NCBI RefSeq assembly: GCF_964355755.1
Contig: NC_092677.1
Location: 26,151,175-26,215,174 of the forward strand
Origin: Antedon mediterranea
Taxonomy: Eukaryota > Animalia > Echinodermata
Length of the DNA: 64,000 nt
Direction: 5' to 3'
The first letter of the stretch is position 1; every line of letters starts with the position of its first letter. The translations under genes were made by a program, and so were the position numbers. Shown here one piece after another: positions 12,509-42,041 of the stretch. Below the pieces are notes generated by a model. It was not told where the DNA came from. It did no database searches and saw nothing but the letters and a program-made list of their open reading frames with translations.

Positions 12509-13589
12509 TCAGCTGCATGTACAGACATTGTGGCAAAGACGTTTTAAACGCTTCATTTCAATATAAGCCATTATTCTATGAATTTGATGTATAACGGTAT
12601 TGGACTGTTTGTATTGGGAACGAAATACCCTAATATTCGAAAAAAACAAAAAACCGAAATACCCTTGAGTGAACGAATAATTATGATGCGCAATTAAGGT
12701 GTTTATTTTGCCATATAAAATATAAAAAACAAATATTTTTTGGTAATATGCATCAACAATATTTTTCAAATGTATTTTAGATAAATAAATAAATAATGTA
12801 AAGTCTCTAGAAACAAAGCAAATATTGTGACTAACCAATTCAATGTTTTATTAAATAAAAACAAAAATCAGGCATCTGTGAAAAAAATATAATGAAAAAG
12901 AACTGACTTTAACAATGACGAACTTACTTGTTTAAAGAACTTTTGTTATCAGTTGATATTATTAAATTAGTAGCAGTATTATGAATATTACAAAATAATA
13001 TTTTGAGAACTGAAAAATATTTTGAGGGAACGAATATATTTAGGGAGAACAAAATAAGATTTCAAGAACTGAATAATATAAAAAACGAATTACTACTTCG
13101 AGACAAGGAATGATGATGATGATAATGATGATGATCGAGAGAACGAAATAATTTCGAGGGAAATTATTTCGTTCTCTCGCGAAGTAGTAATTCGAATTTC
13201 GAATGAAATAATATTTCGAGATAACGAAATAGGTAGGCCCTATGCCTATATGATTTAGTGATATTCATTCCCTCGAAATAATAATACAGTAGGCTATATA
13301 TTTTTCAAGTTGTCGATTTACTTCAAATTGACAACAGGTTGTATATACTCAATCAAAAACAAACAATTTAATTTGATTAGACTATATGTCTCCAGATATA
13401 ATAATAGTAATATTTATTTCAATCCACTTGATATTTTGCGATTCAAGTTGGTATTCTAAGGAATTATAATTACCCTAACGGGAGTTGGTGAACGTCCAGT
13501 GCCCTAGTTTTTACGGGGTTAATATGATGTCGATGTCTCGATGGTCCTACTTTTTTATCGATGAAAGCTGCCCGGGTGGTTGCGGCCAT
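12509..13589 (-). CDS. Putative small two-exon gene (78 aa), or first exons of a longer gene, divergent from NSMAF; product unknown
   Basis: ATG in an AAAATGGCCGC context at 13589. Exon 13589-13474 (GTAATT donor, phase 2) joins in frame to exon 12629-12509 (ATTAG acceptor): MAATTRAAFIDKKVGPSRHRHHINPVKTRALDVHQLPLGVFRSQYKQSNTVIHQIHRIMAYIEMKRLKRLCHNVCTCS. Confidence 0.45.
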
Positions 13590-13777
13590 TTTCAACAGCT
13601 AGTATTACAATATTCAATGCTGAAAATTGTCCAGTGGACACTTTCAAACACCGGACAGATTTAAATCTTACACCGGCGGCCGTACGAATAAATTTTATTT
13701 ACCAACAAAATTAAAAACTAAACAGGATCGAGGAGAAAAGATAGGAGGAGGGGGAGATTGTGCAAAAAAATAAAGTC

Positions 13778-31578
<17,801 letters not shown>

Positions 31579-32511
31579 AATGAGCAGTGATAGGCCAGTA
31601 ATGATGGTAAAATGAAATATTATAAGAGCAGCCAGCATTTCATTATTGTTATCAGTTTTAAATATTTATGCAAATAATATTGGCAATATGTTCTAATGCA
31701 ACGGAGAATATTATAAATTAATATATAATATATATTGTTTTTTTTAAAACAATTATGAATTTAGATTTTTTGAATGTCTACTAAAATTAACTGTCTTTAT
31801 TGAAATATTAATATATAATTACTTGAAAAGTATAACTTTATTTTTCTTTTAAATGAGATTCAGTAAGTCTAAAATGTTTAATTGGAGGATCGAAACAATC
31901 TATAAAAATTAATAAATTATAACTAAAAATTCTATTTTTAGATTGGTGATTATGTCAAAGGTCAAGGGCCTACTTTCCACATTTAATATGGAGCATTACA
32001 TTTTTTTTCCTAATTAAACTTTCATTAAAATAGTAATTAATGTACTACTATTTTATTTGTTGTCTTGGATCAATAATTAAACATTTTACAAATGTAAAAT
32101 TGTGATAAATGTATTTTAATTTCAAGTTTTTTTTTTAGAATTATTTGGCTTCAGATGAAATTATTTCATGGTAATTTGTTTAAATTTTGATTTTAATTTC
32201 ATGTAAAGTACTCTATGATTGTAGTTGTGCTGTGTAACGCTATCTTGTGTATGAAAGGCCATCCCTGACAAAAATGACACAAACAGCAACCTTTCTAAAA
32301 TGAACAACTTGTTTATTTAATTTTCTTTACAAACAATAAGTTACACAGTGTAAACAAGCCAATTAGTGTTGTTTTAGATACTTATACCCTAACATTTAAA
32401 CCCACTATAAATTTATTGTATTTGTCAAATATACATGGAATTATCATTGATAAATTATGTGGTAGTCCAGTAGTAGTGCAGGTTGGCAAGGTCACATGTC
32501 CGAATCTGAAA

Positions 32512-33573
32512 TCAACCAACTTGCATCGACTGCGACAATCCACTGACACGTAAACGCACCGCTTGGTTTAAAATGCCAAACATATCCCGACTTCCTTTAC
32601 ACGCCAAGTCCGTCACTTTACTCAAGTGGTCCATGTGAAGCCGCGACGTCATCTTAAGGTGTACGATCTTTTCCGATCTGGGAAAGAGCGCCACCACCAT
32701 CTCCGGCCCACCTTGAGATTCCTCTATGTAGCTAACATCTAAAAGTGGGGTGTCGTTGACAAAACTCGCAGAGCAAGAACAGACGTAGTCGTTCATTGGT
32801 ATGCCGGCATCAATCAATGCTAAGGTTGCTGTGTTGATACAAACGCTTAAGTTACCGCCGTCGGACTGAAGAACCTAAAACAAATATGGTAAGAAATAAA
32901 CAAAGAATTACAGATTTTTATTCTGAAAATTAATTGTGAAATGGATTTTTATCAAATAAAATGTGTACACCATTATTTAGGTACCTGCCAGAAAATGTCG
33001 ATTTGGGAATGTGGATAAAGCTCGGTACATATTGCAGCCTCAAATGCTCTTCTAAGATTCAACGATATCTCCTGCGATTGTTTATCTCCCTTTGGTCGTC
33101 GTTTTCGCTCTCCGGTACTAAACGTTGCCATACTGTATTGGCAATTTAAAATAACCTTGTCATGTTGCGACTTCGATTTACCGCCTCGTACCTAAAAAAA
33201 ATGTTTTTTTTTAATTTGAAAAAACAATTAAAAACAAAGCATTAAATGTTGACATTGCTGATAATAAAAAATAAATTTTAATGTCGTGTCAATAGAAAAT
33301 ACTAATATTTCCACACGGTCGGTCGTGCCTATAGAAACCTCTCTAAATGTGTACCATGCACTGCTTTCCTTTCCGTGCCAATAGACAGCCTCATACACAG
33401 ACATACTCTACCTCATGAGGTCCATAAACAACGGCTAAAACTTTTGTGTTTCCTTGTTCAATATAGGCCGAACCATCAGCATCATTTAGTACTCCTAGTC
33501 GACATTGTACTTTTCTTAATTCATGCGGCTTTCGACCGTCAACTCTAAAGCCCTGATCAGACAAAAGTTCCAT
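32512..33573 (-). CDS. EXOSC4: Exosome complex component RRP41 (RNase PH family), 3 exons
   Basis: Exons 33573-33412, ~33191-32985 and ~32875-32512. [70 protein letters not shown]. Confidence 0.96.
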
Positions 33574-33765
33574 TTTTCTAGAGAGTATTAAATCATAAAA
33601 CACATGTTTTATATAATAAATAAGTTCAAAGGTTAAACTCAAATCGATAGAGGGCGCTATCAGACGTGATTTTGCCATTTTGCATTTTGACATCGTAAAC
33701 GTCTTTAATAAAATAAAGTCAAAATTTAGTAAACTTGCATTACAAAGACTACATGTAAATATAAT
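33574..33765. promoter_or_regulatory. Compact bidirectional promoter for EXOSC4 and HSF1
   Basis: Only 192 bp separate the divergent start codons. YY1-like GCCATTTT at ~33674. Confidence 0.7.
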
Positions 33766-36700
33766 ATGGATAACACTGCAAGCAGTGTTCCAGCGTTTAT
33801 CAACAAACTATGGATGCTAGTTGAAGATAAGGTCACAGATGATTACATAGAATGGAGCGAGGTACGTAAACAGAACTCGTCGGGATTCCCCTACCACTTC
33901 TAGCTAGCGGACATCTAGCTAACCTGGGCCTAGTCCTATTCAGGCTAGGCCCTATAGGTTATAATCACACTACTACAGACAGGATGAGCAGATAAACTGG
34001 CCTATTATTAGGTCCTACCTCCGAGTCCTAGTAAGGGTAGTAGGCCTAGTCTAGAATTTAAAAAAAATATATTAATCAATAGGCCTAGGTAATTATAAAA
34101 TTATTTTATAAAAAGTTCCCAATTAATTATTAATTAATAAATGTCGTCTGCTGCATGAAATCTATTCTTATTTACTCCAGTTCACCACAAGAAGAATAAA
34201 ATATGATTTAATTTAAGTTTATGTTGCAGGTCAACTAAGTTTTTATTTATTTATATTTTTCAGACTGGGACAAGTTTCTGTGTTTTGGATCAGAGTGGGT
34301 TTGCCAAAACTGTGTTACCACTTTATTTTAAGCACAATAACATGGCAAGCTTTGTCAGACAACTCAATATGTGTGAGTATATTTGAAGCAATTTCAAATT
34401 GTGCAAAACATCTTCATGTACTAATTTATTCATTAAATTCAACAACAAATTAATATGCATACAATATGAATGTATTCAGAATTAATTAATTAAATTTGTT
34501 TAGATGGCTTTCGGAAAGTCAGCTATCCAGAGCAAGGAGGGATGAGGTATGATGGCGATGCAATTGAATTTCAACACCTTTTCTTCCGAAGAGGACAGAA
34601 GGAACTTTTGGAAGAAATAAAACGAAAGGTAAACCTACAGTACAATCAAATAGCTATTTCCTCATGTAAAATGCAGGCCAGTGATTGGTTGGATTTAAAG
34701 GTCAACATTACATTCTTCTTGTTTTTTGCATCATTATGTAATGATTAAATTAAGAAGGAAAAAGAAAAATATAATGTTAATTCTTACTTTGTAGGGAACA
34801 TCAAAGGAGGATATAAAAGTAAAGGCTAATGATGTCACTAAGGTACTAACTGAAGTGCAGGAGTTGAAAGGCAAACAAGAAGATATGGACTCTAGGTTGA
34901 CAGCCATGAAAAGGTAAGTACTAGCCCAATGTCCAAGTACTAGCCCAATGTCCAAACAATAGCCCAATGTCCAAACGCTAGCCCAACGTCCAAACGCTAG
35001 CCCAACGTCCAAACGCTAGCCCAACGTCCAAACGCTAGCCCAACGTCCAAACACTAGCCCAACGTCCAAACACTAGCCCAACGTCCAAACACTAGCCCAA
35101 CGTCCCAACACTAGCCCAACGTCCCAACACTAGCCCAGTGTCCCAACACTAGCCCAATGTCCAAACACTAGCCCAATGTCTAAACACTAGCCCAATGTCT
35201 AAACACTAGTCCAATGTACAAATACTATCCCAATGTCCAAATAATATCCCATTGTCCAGATAATAGCTCATTGTCCAAATACTAGCCAATTGTCTATGTC
35301 TGTACAGTATTTCAATGCCCCTGGATACTGGTGCAAATAACATTTCATTAGTATTTACTGTCTTAATATTGGGGTTTTCTTCTGTGTGCATAGACAGAGA
35401 TTTGAGGGTCTCCCCTTCCCCCTACCTACTTAAAATTACAATGAAAAAGATTCAAGATTTTTTGGTCCTGCACCTATCTACTCAAAACACATTTTATCAA
35501 GTAGTATTAATACTTTCCAATAAATAATATTTCTTAAGAATGTTATTTCATAATACTTTTAAGTATTAAAATGCATTAAAATTAAAATGTTGTATTTATT
35601 TACAGGGAAAACGAGGGGCTATGGCAAGAGGTGATTACACTGAGACAAAAGCACAGCAAACAGCAGCAAGTTGTGCACAGGCTGATTCAGTTCCTAATGT
35701 CAATCATACCACAAAGGCCTGTCAAAAGAAAAAGGTTTGAATAATACAACATCTTATTATTTGACTTAAATCTAGATTATCTTATTTTACAAGACAGTGG
35801 AACCATAAATACATAACCATAACATCGGCAAGGGTTCAAGGCTCACTCGCTCCATGGTTGTGGTGGTAGAAAGAGTCTTCTCGGATAAGGACTATAAACC
35901 GTAGGTCCAGTGTCCACATCTAGTTTATGTGCACTTTAAAGGACCAAGTACAGCTTTTGAGACGAGTAGGGGGTCACCCCGGTGTATTAGTACACACACA
36001 GCCACTGATCATAACTGGGCCCTCTGGGAAACCAGGCTTTGACTGAAGGGTTATACACTGTATAAATATAAATTCACAATGCAATGTAAATGCAGTAGGA
36101 AGCCAACAAAGTAACCCCTTAATATCACTAACATTGATCTTAATATATTTCTTATGCAGGCCATTAATGATACAAGACGCAGCACAGAACCCCAAAACTA
36201 GGAAACAAATGCCAACATTTGAGGTAAGCTCACATTCACTGCAATAAATACAGATTATCTGTTTGCAGTATAGGTATAGTACTGTAGTCTAAAAGATCTG
36301 TCTACACTGTCAAACTAGTTTGACAAAAAAAAAGGTGTGATTTTGCCCAAATATGGTAGTGATATTACATCACAGTAATACGGCCATACTGAGTTGAAAC
36401 ACCGGTTCTCGTCAGATCACCAAAGTTAAGAAACGTTGGGCCCGGTTGCGTTCTGGATGGGAGACCGTCTAGAAATCGCGGCGGGTGCTGTATATACTGG
36501 AGAGTAATGGTGTAATGGTAATATTGGACTAGCATGGGTTCGAGGTTATCTGTACCATACTAATTGCATCCTTAGGCAAGATGCTTTACTCTCATTGCCT
36601 CGTCCTTCGGATGGGATGTAAAGCCGTTGGTCCCGTGTACTTAACAGTGCTTGGTACACTATTTGAAAAGAGTAGGGGATCGTCTCCCCGTGTGCTGATC

Positions 36701-39700
36701 TGGTAGGCACTGCACTACTGGCCGTAGAGGGCCTAATCCGAATCTCCTCAGTTTCCAGTTAAGCTTACCTTTACCATGTCCATATATGGGCACAATACAT
36801 CTAGTTTGATAGTGTAGACAGAGCTTTAATTAATCTTTAGGATTTAAACCCAGGATCCTAGAATTAATAAGCCAGCTTTGTGACCACCACTGTTTAATCA
36901 ATTTGTCATTTTCTTTCGTAGACGGCTTCATCATCAATTGCTTCCGCATTACAACCGTCTTCGGCAGCGGCAACTGAACAATTCTTCTCAGAACTTTTAA
37001 ATCCACTTGGTGATGCTTTCCAAGTAAATGCATCTAGTACAGACTCCCTCACTCCTCCTGATGAAGTGTTACTTCCGGCTGTTGACGGGCCTGAAGCTAC
37101 TTTGACGGAACTTACCGAACCCATCATACAATCTCCTTCAGAGATTCAGAATTTTGATATTGTATCTCCTTCGAGCAATACAAACTCGGACGTCGTTACC
37201 GAAATTGAGCCTTCAGAATCTTTAGAATTTCTTCAAGATATTCCTCTACAAACAGTTTCTAGAAACGGAGACAAAAAGCACACGGAACCAAGCAATTCGT
37301 TGGTATTACAGCGCCCTCTTTCAGTTGATGAACACAAGTTAGTATTACTATATAGTTAAACGACCTAAATCTTCATCAGCCTCTTATATACTCAGTGGTG
37401 TAACGCAGAGGCTCGAGGCCCCTGGTTTAGGAACCCTAAGCTTGAAGCCATGTTTTTAGTCTTTTAATGCCTGTTTTTTCCTCTAGGCACTGTTCCGGGC
37501 CACCTGGGTTTAGCCAGTGAGTGCTCATAGCCGTTATGCCACTGTATATACTGCATGATATAAAGTGTCAAGTTTGTATTAATAATTGCTAACCCTTTTT
37601 TCCATTTTCTTAAAGACAAGAACTATCTGAACATATTGAAAACGTACAATCAAACATTGAATTTATTCATGAAATGCTAACAAACGGACAATACAGCCTA
37701 GACCCAGATACACTATTACCAGTAAGTAACACTACACCAACTTTCTTAAATCTCATTTATCAATATATAATATGTAATTTTTTGTATTCATATATATATT
37801 TCAAATTGATAAAATTTTAGTATATGACCAGGCGGTTTAGAATTAATGTTCTATGGCTGATATATATATATATTTTTCTCATTCTCACAGATTTCCTCAT
37901 CTTTATCGTTTCAAATTAATTAATTAAATTTCAGTATATCACCGGGCGGTTTAGAATTAATGTTCTTTGCCTGATTTGTTTATATATATAAAAGTATCTC
38001 TTCGGAGATCCCGCCTCGTGAATAAAAATACTGTAAGATGAGGGCGTATCAATTTGATCTCTGGTGCGCGTGCGTACAACTGAGGACTAGTGCTGTTCCG
38101 CCGTACCACGCCGAGAATGTTAAAGAGTCGCTATCCAATCGAGTTCGAACAATACCATGAAAGCCCCAGTGGTCTAATGGTTAGGACATCTGCATATCAA
38201 GCAGGCGGTCCGAGTTCGAGTCTCGGTTGGGGCGACTTTTTCTCATTCTCACAGATTTCCTCATCTTTATCGTTTCAAATTAATTAATTAAATTTCAGTA
38301 TATCACCGGGCGGTTTAGAATTAATGTTCTTTGCCTGATTTGTTTATATATATATATATATATATATAAATCCAAAGGCAAATTACTGAAAAAATGACAA
38401 TGCTGTGGGTATCAGTGGCTGGATGTTAACAGAGATACAAAAAAAAATAGCAAAAAACTAAATCAATCAAGTAAAACAACCAAAAAAATGAGTAAACCTT
38501 TCGGGCAACTCTCTAGCCCTTCATCATACAGTATAAATATATATATACTGTAGTTCCCCGGGCGTACCCGAGGAACTACGTTATATTACATAGTTTCAGA
38601 CATTTGAACAAGCATCCGCCTTGGAACGCAACAAAATTAGCTGATTCTCGGTACTGTATCTAAATGTGTCCAGTATCTTAGGCATTTTCTGTAATACACC
38701 ATCAGATGGTTTCACACTCGAAATTGGGTTACAAAATTTGGTCGCTCTTTCACATACCACTGAGTTTTTCCTTGACTGTATTGCCAGATATTATAAGTTA
38801 TCCCCCACAACCTAAGTTTTTAATATTTTTGATGGTTGTTTTTCAGGTATTTTACCCCGAGCCTTTTGACCAGGTATGCAATTATTTGTAGGCTTAAAAA
38901 GTGTTTTATTGTGTAAAGCTCTGTCTAAACTATCAAACTTTATGTGACAACAAAATGTGACGTGCCCATATATGGACATGATGATGTCATATCACTATCA
39001 TATTTGGGCATACCACAACCTTATTTGGGCACATCACACTTCTTTTGTCAAACTAGTTTGATAGTGTAGACAGACAGCTTACACAAGTTGCCTATCTAGT
39101 TTCTTTGTTGCTTGGTGGTACTGTATATTCATTGAAGCATTTTGATTGGATAGCATTTCTATAATATATAGTATAATATGGTGTAACAGCACTTCAGTAC
39201 TCAACTTTTATATGTCCTCATCTTTAGCATATATATTTTCATGTGCATTATTATTATTATTTTTTCACAGGATTTTTTGAGCAAGTTAGCTGCAGCACCT
39301 GACGGAAAACATTCAGGTAAGTTTATACTACTATAATGCACTGTCCTAATAAACTGTGTGACCAACAGGCTTCTCTAACTTACAGGTTGTGAATATTGAC
39401 CCTTAAACCACAAAGGATATATATTGATGAGGGTATTTCGGTATTATTTACACACGCACTTTACTTAGAATTAATAGGCATTCTCAACTGGTTACTTACA
39501 TTAAGGCCAATTTACACAAACGAATGGTAACGGTAATAAAAATATAACAACATGTTATTCCTTATGACCATTTACACACAACGCGGAGCGAACGGTTTTC
39601 ACTCGGGATAGATACAGATTTTACGTGGCACAAGCTACGCAATTTTCCTCTTACCGTTACCGCTCGTCTGTGTAAATTTGCCTTTAAACTGCTCTCATAG

Positions 39701-39922
39701 AAACAGCGTGGGGTCTGAGGAACTAGATCTCCTCAAACAGACTAGTCATATAATGCTAAATATGATGTGATATGTTTTAAATTCACATTTTTTCCAGGTA
39801 ACGAACTAGTTGAATACCAGCCCATCTCCAACGCCCAATTTGACGGCGATTCATTGTTATCGTCATTCTTGAACACCGACGATTCTACGGATGACGCCAC
39901 CAACGAGGAACAACTTGCATAG
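33766..39922 (+). CDS. HSF1: Heat shock transcription factor, 11 exons
   Basis: DBD motifs [48 protein letters not shown] motif [31 protein letters not shown]-terminal GNELVEY. Approximate exons: 33766-33861, 34264-34372, 34504-34628, 34795-34913, 35606-35734, 36160-36223, 36922-37337, 37616-37721, 38847-38872, 39271-39316, 39798-39922. Confidence 0.93.
34918..35292. repeat. ~19-bp minisatellite starting at an HSF1 splice donor
   Basis: CTAGCCCAACGTCCAAACA-type unit, about 19 copies, degrading toward the 3' end. Confidence 0.92.
35820..36082 (+). mobile_element. Deu/Nin-domain SINE body and tail
   Basis: GTCTTCTCGGATAAGGACTATAAACCGTAGGTCC..GCACTTTAAAGGACC..GAGTAGGGG matches the Deu/Nin core pattern. 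Confidence 0.65.
36376..36772 (+). mobile_element. 5S rRNA + tRNA-headed Deu-domain SINE (AmnSINE1-like architecture) nested in a Harbinger MITE
   Basis: 5S-like head TACGGCCATAC..CCGGTTCTCGTCAGATCACC..GTTAAG..GGATGGGAGACC..GGGTGCTGTA (~36378-36492). Then degenerate A/B boxes (TGGTGTAATGG, GGTTCGAG) and the Deu core GTCCTTCGGATGGGATGTAAAGCCGTTGGTCCCG. MITE halves at 36295-36372 and 36775-36828. Confidence 0.8.
37393..37544. mobile_element. hAT-type MITE
   Basis: CAGTGGTGTAACG...CGTTATGCCACTG with a perfect 8-bp TSD, TATATACT. Confidence 0.85.
37826..38344 (+). mobile_element. Array of three progressively longer copies of the tRNA-carrying repeat, separated by (TA)n
   Basis: 3'-end-only copies at 37826-37860 and 37874-37980, and the longest copy at 37990-38344. 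All end CGGTTTAGAATTAATGTTCT..CTGA followed by a TA tract. Confidence 0.85.
38163..38234 (+). tRNA. Complete 72-nt tRNA-like cloverleaf, anticodon ATC (Asp), carried by a repeat; functionality unknown
   Basis: Acceptor GCCCCAG/TTGGGGC plus discriminator G. D arm GTCT-AATGGTTA-GGAC. Anticodon arm TCTGC-ATATCAA-GCAGG. 4-nt variable loop. T arm CCGAG-TTCGAGT-CTCGG. T5 terminator 2 nt downstream. Confidence 0.6.
38370..38532 (-). mobile_element. Probable Penelope-like pLTR remnant with a degenerate minimal hammerhead ribozyme
   Basis: Minus strand ~38490-38528 reads aTGATGA-A-GGGC-tagagagtt-GCCC-GAAA-ggtttactc. Bounded by TA tracts. The conserved C3 position is A. Confidence 0.45.
39504..39684. 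mobile_element. Harbinger-like MITE
   Basis: AGGCCAATTTACACAAACGA..GGTAACGGTAA / TTACCGTTACC..TCGTCTGTGTAAATTTGCCT inverted ends. Confidence 0.7.
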
Positions 39923-40534
39923 AATACAATTCTATATATATTAAGATAAAGCATCTTAACATTTATTCCAAGTAACTGGAATTTTGTTATAAAACAATAA
40001 CTTTGAAATAAGAAAATTTATTAAAAATCAAGCTGTCTCTAAAAAAAAAGTTTTTTTCGCCCAATTATTGATACCGATATTTTGTAAGCAATGTTATCAA
40101 TATGTACTGCAGGTTATTTATTTTATAATATTTAATATTAATAATATTTTGAGATATTAATATTTAATGAACCAAGTTTTCTGATCAGTTTCAATTTGGA
40201 TCAAAGTGTAAAATGCATACTTTTTAGATAAAAAATGAGCAACTTATTTACCCAGTATCCTTTTGATTTATAAACATTTATTAAATATTCGTAAATCAAT
40301 AATAATCATATAATACTTAAATAAATAGACTTAACATTTAAGAATCATGCTTTATGTCACAACATAAATGTGAAAATACCATGTGTTCATTCTGTTTGCT
40401 AATATAATAATGATGATAATGTACGAACATTTATTCATTGTAAATTTAAACCGCTTTAACTTATTGGAGGTTGTTAATCTTTCATGGCATTACTATTTTT
40501 ATTTCATGCGTTTTCATTTGAATAGTTGTTGTTA

Positions 40535-40930
40535 AGGCCCATTTACACTAGGACGATAACGATCGACGATAAATATATAAACATGCATTTTTTTTACATA
40601 AAACAAAATAAATTAGAAAGGTTTTCGTTCTAGAACTATAGGATAATCATTTATGCTGTCTTTGATAAAAATAATATTTTTAAAATTCCAATCAAATGAC
40701 GTCTGGATAAATAAAAACAATAAAATCGTTGTATTGTCACGATATTATTGCTCTTACTAATCATGACGTCATTTGATTGGACGTGTGAAAATATTATTTT
40801 CATCAAAGGAAGCATAGATGGTTATTCTATAGTTCTAGAATGAAAAGTTTTTATATTTCTTTTGTTTTGTGTATGAAAAATGCACATTTGTCTATTTATT
40901 GTCGATCGTTATTGTCCTAGTGTAAATGGT
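40535..40930. mobile_element. Harbinger-like MITE with long inverted arms
   Basis: CCATTTACACTAGGACGATAACGATCGAC.. matches ..GTCGATCGTTATTGTCCTAGTGTAAATGG. The arms pair over ~170 bp. Confidence 0.8.
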
Positions 40931-41121
40931 TATTGTAAATCTTGACATTAGCTATTGGAACAATCCAGATTGAATTGTAAATATTAATAATGGGATAATT
41001 TATCAAATAATTTGCCATTATTATGTACTAATTATAGATACAATTTTAAAATGTTTTTTATTCTGTTTTTGTATAAAAGAAATGTTACATATCATAAGGC
41101 TATAAGATTATGGAGAAATGT

Positions 41122-41335
41122 ATGTTAGGGTGCCTGGAGATGTTAGGGTGCCTGGGATGTTAGGGTGCCTGGGGATGTTAGGGTGCCTGGGGATGTTAGG
41201 GTGCCTGGAGATGTTAGGGTGCCTGGAGATGTTAGGGTGCCTGGAGATGTTAGGGTGCCTGGGATGTTAGGGTGCCTGGAGATGTTAGGGTGCCTGGAGA
41301 TGTTAGGGTGCCTGGGATGTTAGGGTACCTAGGGA
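41122..41335. repeat. G-rich 18-20-bp minisatellite containing TTAGGG
   Basis: GATGTTAGGGTGCCTGG(A/G) repeated about 11 times. Confidence 0.92.
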
Positions 41336-42041
41336 TGGTTGGGTTGAGGGTGGGCAGGTAATACTGTAAGTGGGATGGGGCCCGAAACATATTCTGAATA
41401 TTATGTGGCATATTCTTAAGACAAATCGTGGATTGAGGATGTGTGAATTGTGGGCAAGGTCAATGTTGCTCCATGACCTATGTAAACTCCACTTCTGAAA
41501 ATTCTCCTGACTAAATATTTCTGCATGACCTGCTCAGAATAATGCTTGTAATATATGCTTTCTCTGTAATTATTTTAGAAGTATAATTTGAAAGAGTTGA
41601 GTTGATACAATTTATTTTGATAGCATTTCTGTATTGTTTAATTTTAGGCAGGAAAAAGTTGTACATAATAATGAGAAGTTTAAATAATAGTCATATGAAA
41701 CAAATTGTTTAGTGGTTTTATTTTTGTTTATATAGCCAATTTCCCCTCTGCTAATTTAATCTAAGATTGACAGGCATTCTGTTCAGAGGAGGATGTGGAG
41801 TAATGGCACTGAGTGAGGCACCAACAGATTGCATGGTAAGTACTGTACAAATGTTTGCTCTTCATGCATTTCCATTAATTGTAATAAAATATACTTGTTT
41901 TCAGAACTACATACAGCAGTATCTATTGGTGACACACAGGACAGCTACCAGTTATTTAGACCAGTTAAGTTTTTAAAATTACAGCTTGTTTTTGCTAGAT
42001 ATAAATTATATTTACAAATCCCAAGTTAGTTGAATTACCAA

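Noticed and set aside
13010-13280. Short palindromic GAGAACGAAATAATTTCGAG repeats as a regulatory array
   Set aside because: They look like degenerate subterminal repeats of a DNA transposon remnant; no ends or function can be supported.
36378-36492. Functional 5S rRNA gene
   Set aside because: It has several substitutions and indels, no T-run terminator, and continues directly into a SINE body.
38080-38236. Hammerhead ribozyme formed by CTGAGGA..GAAA with the tRNA acceptor stem as helix III
   Set aside because: The base of stem II does not pair, and no UH cleavage site follows the stem (it reads GA). Probably coincidental.
41122-41335. Interstitial telomere
   Set aside because: TTAGGG occurs once per longer unit, not as a pure hexamer array.
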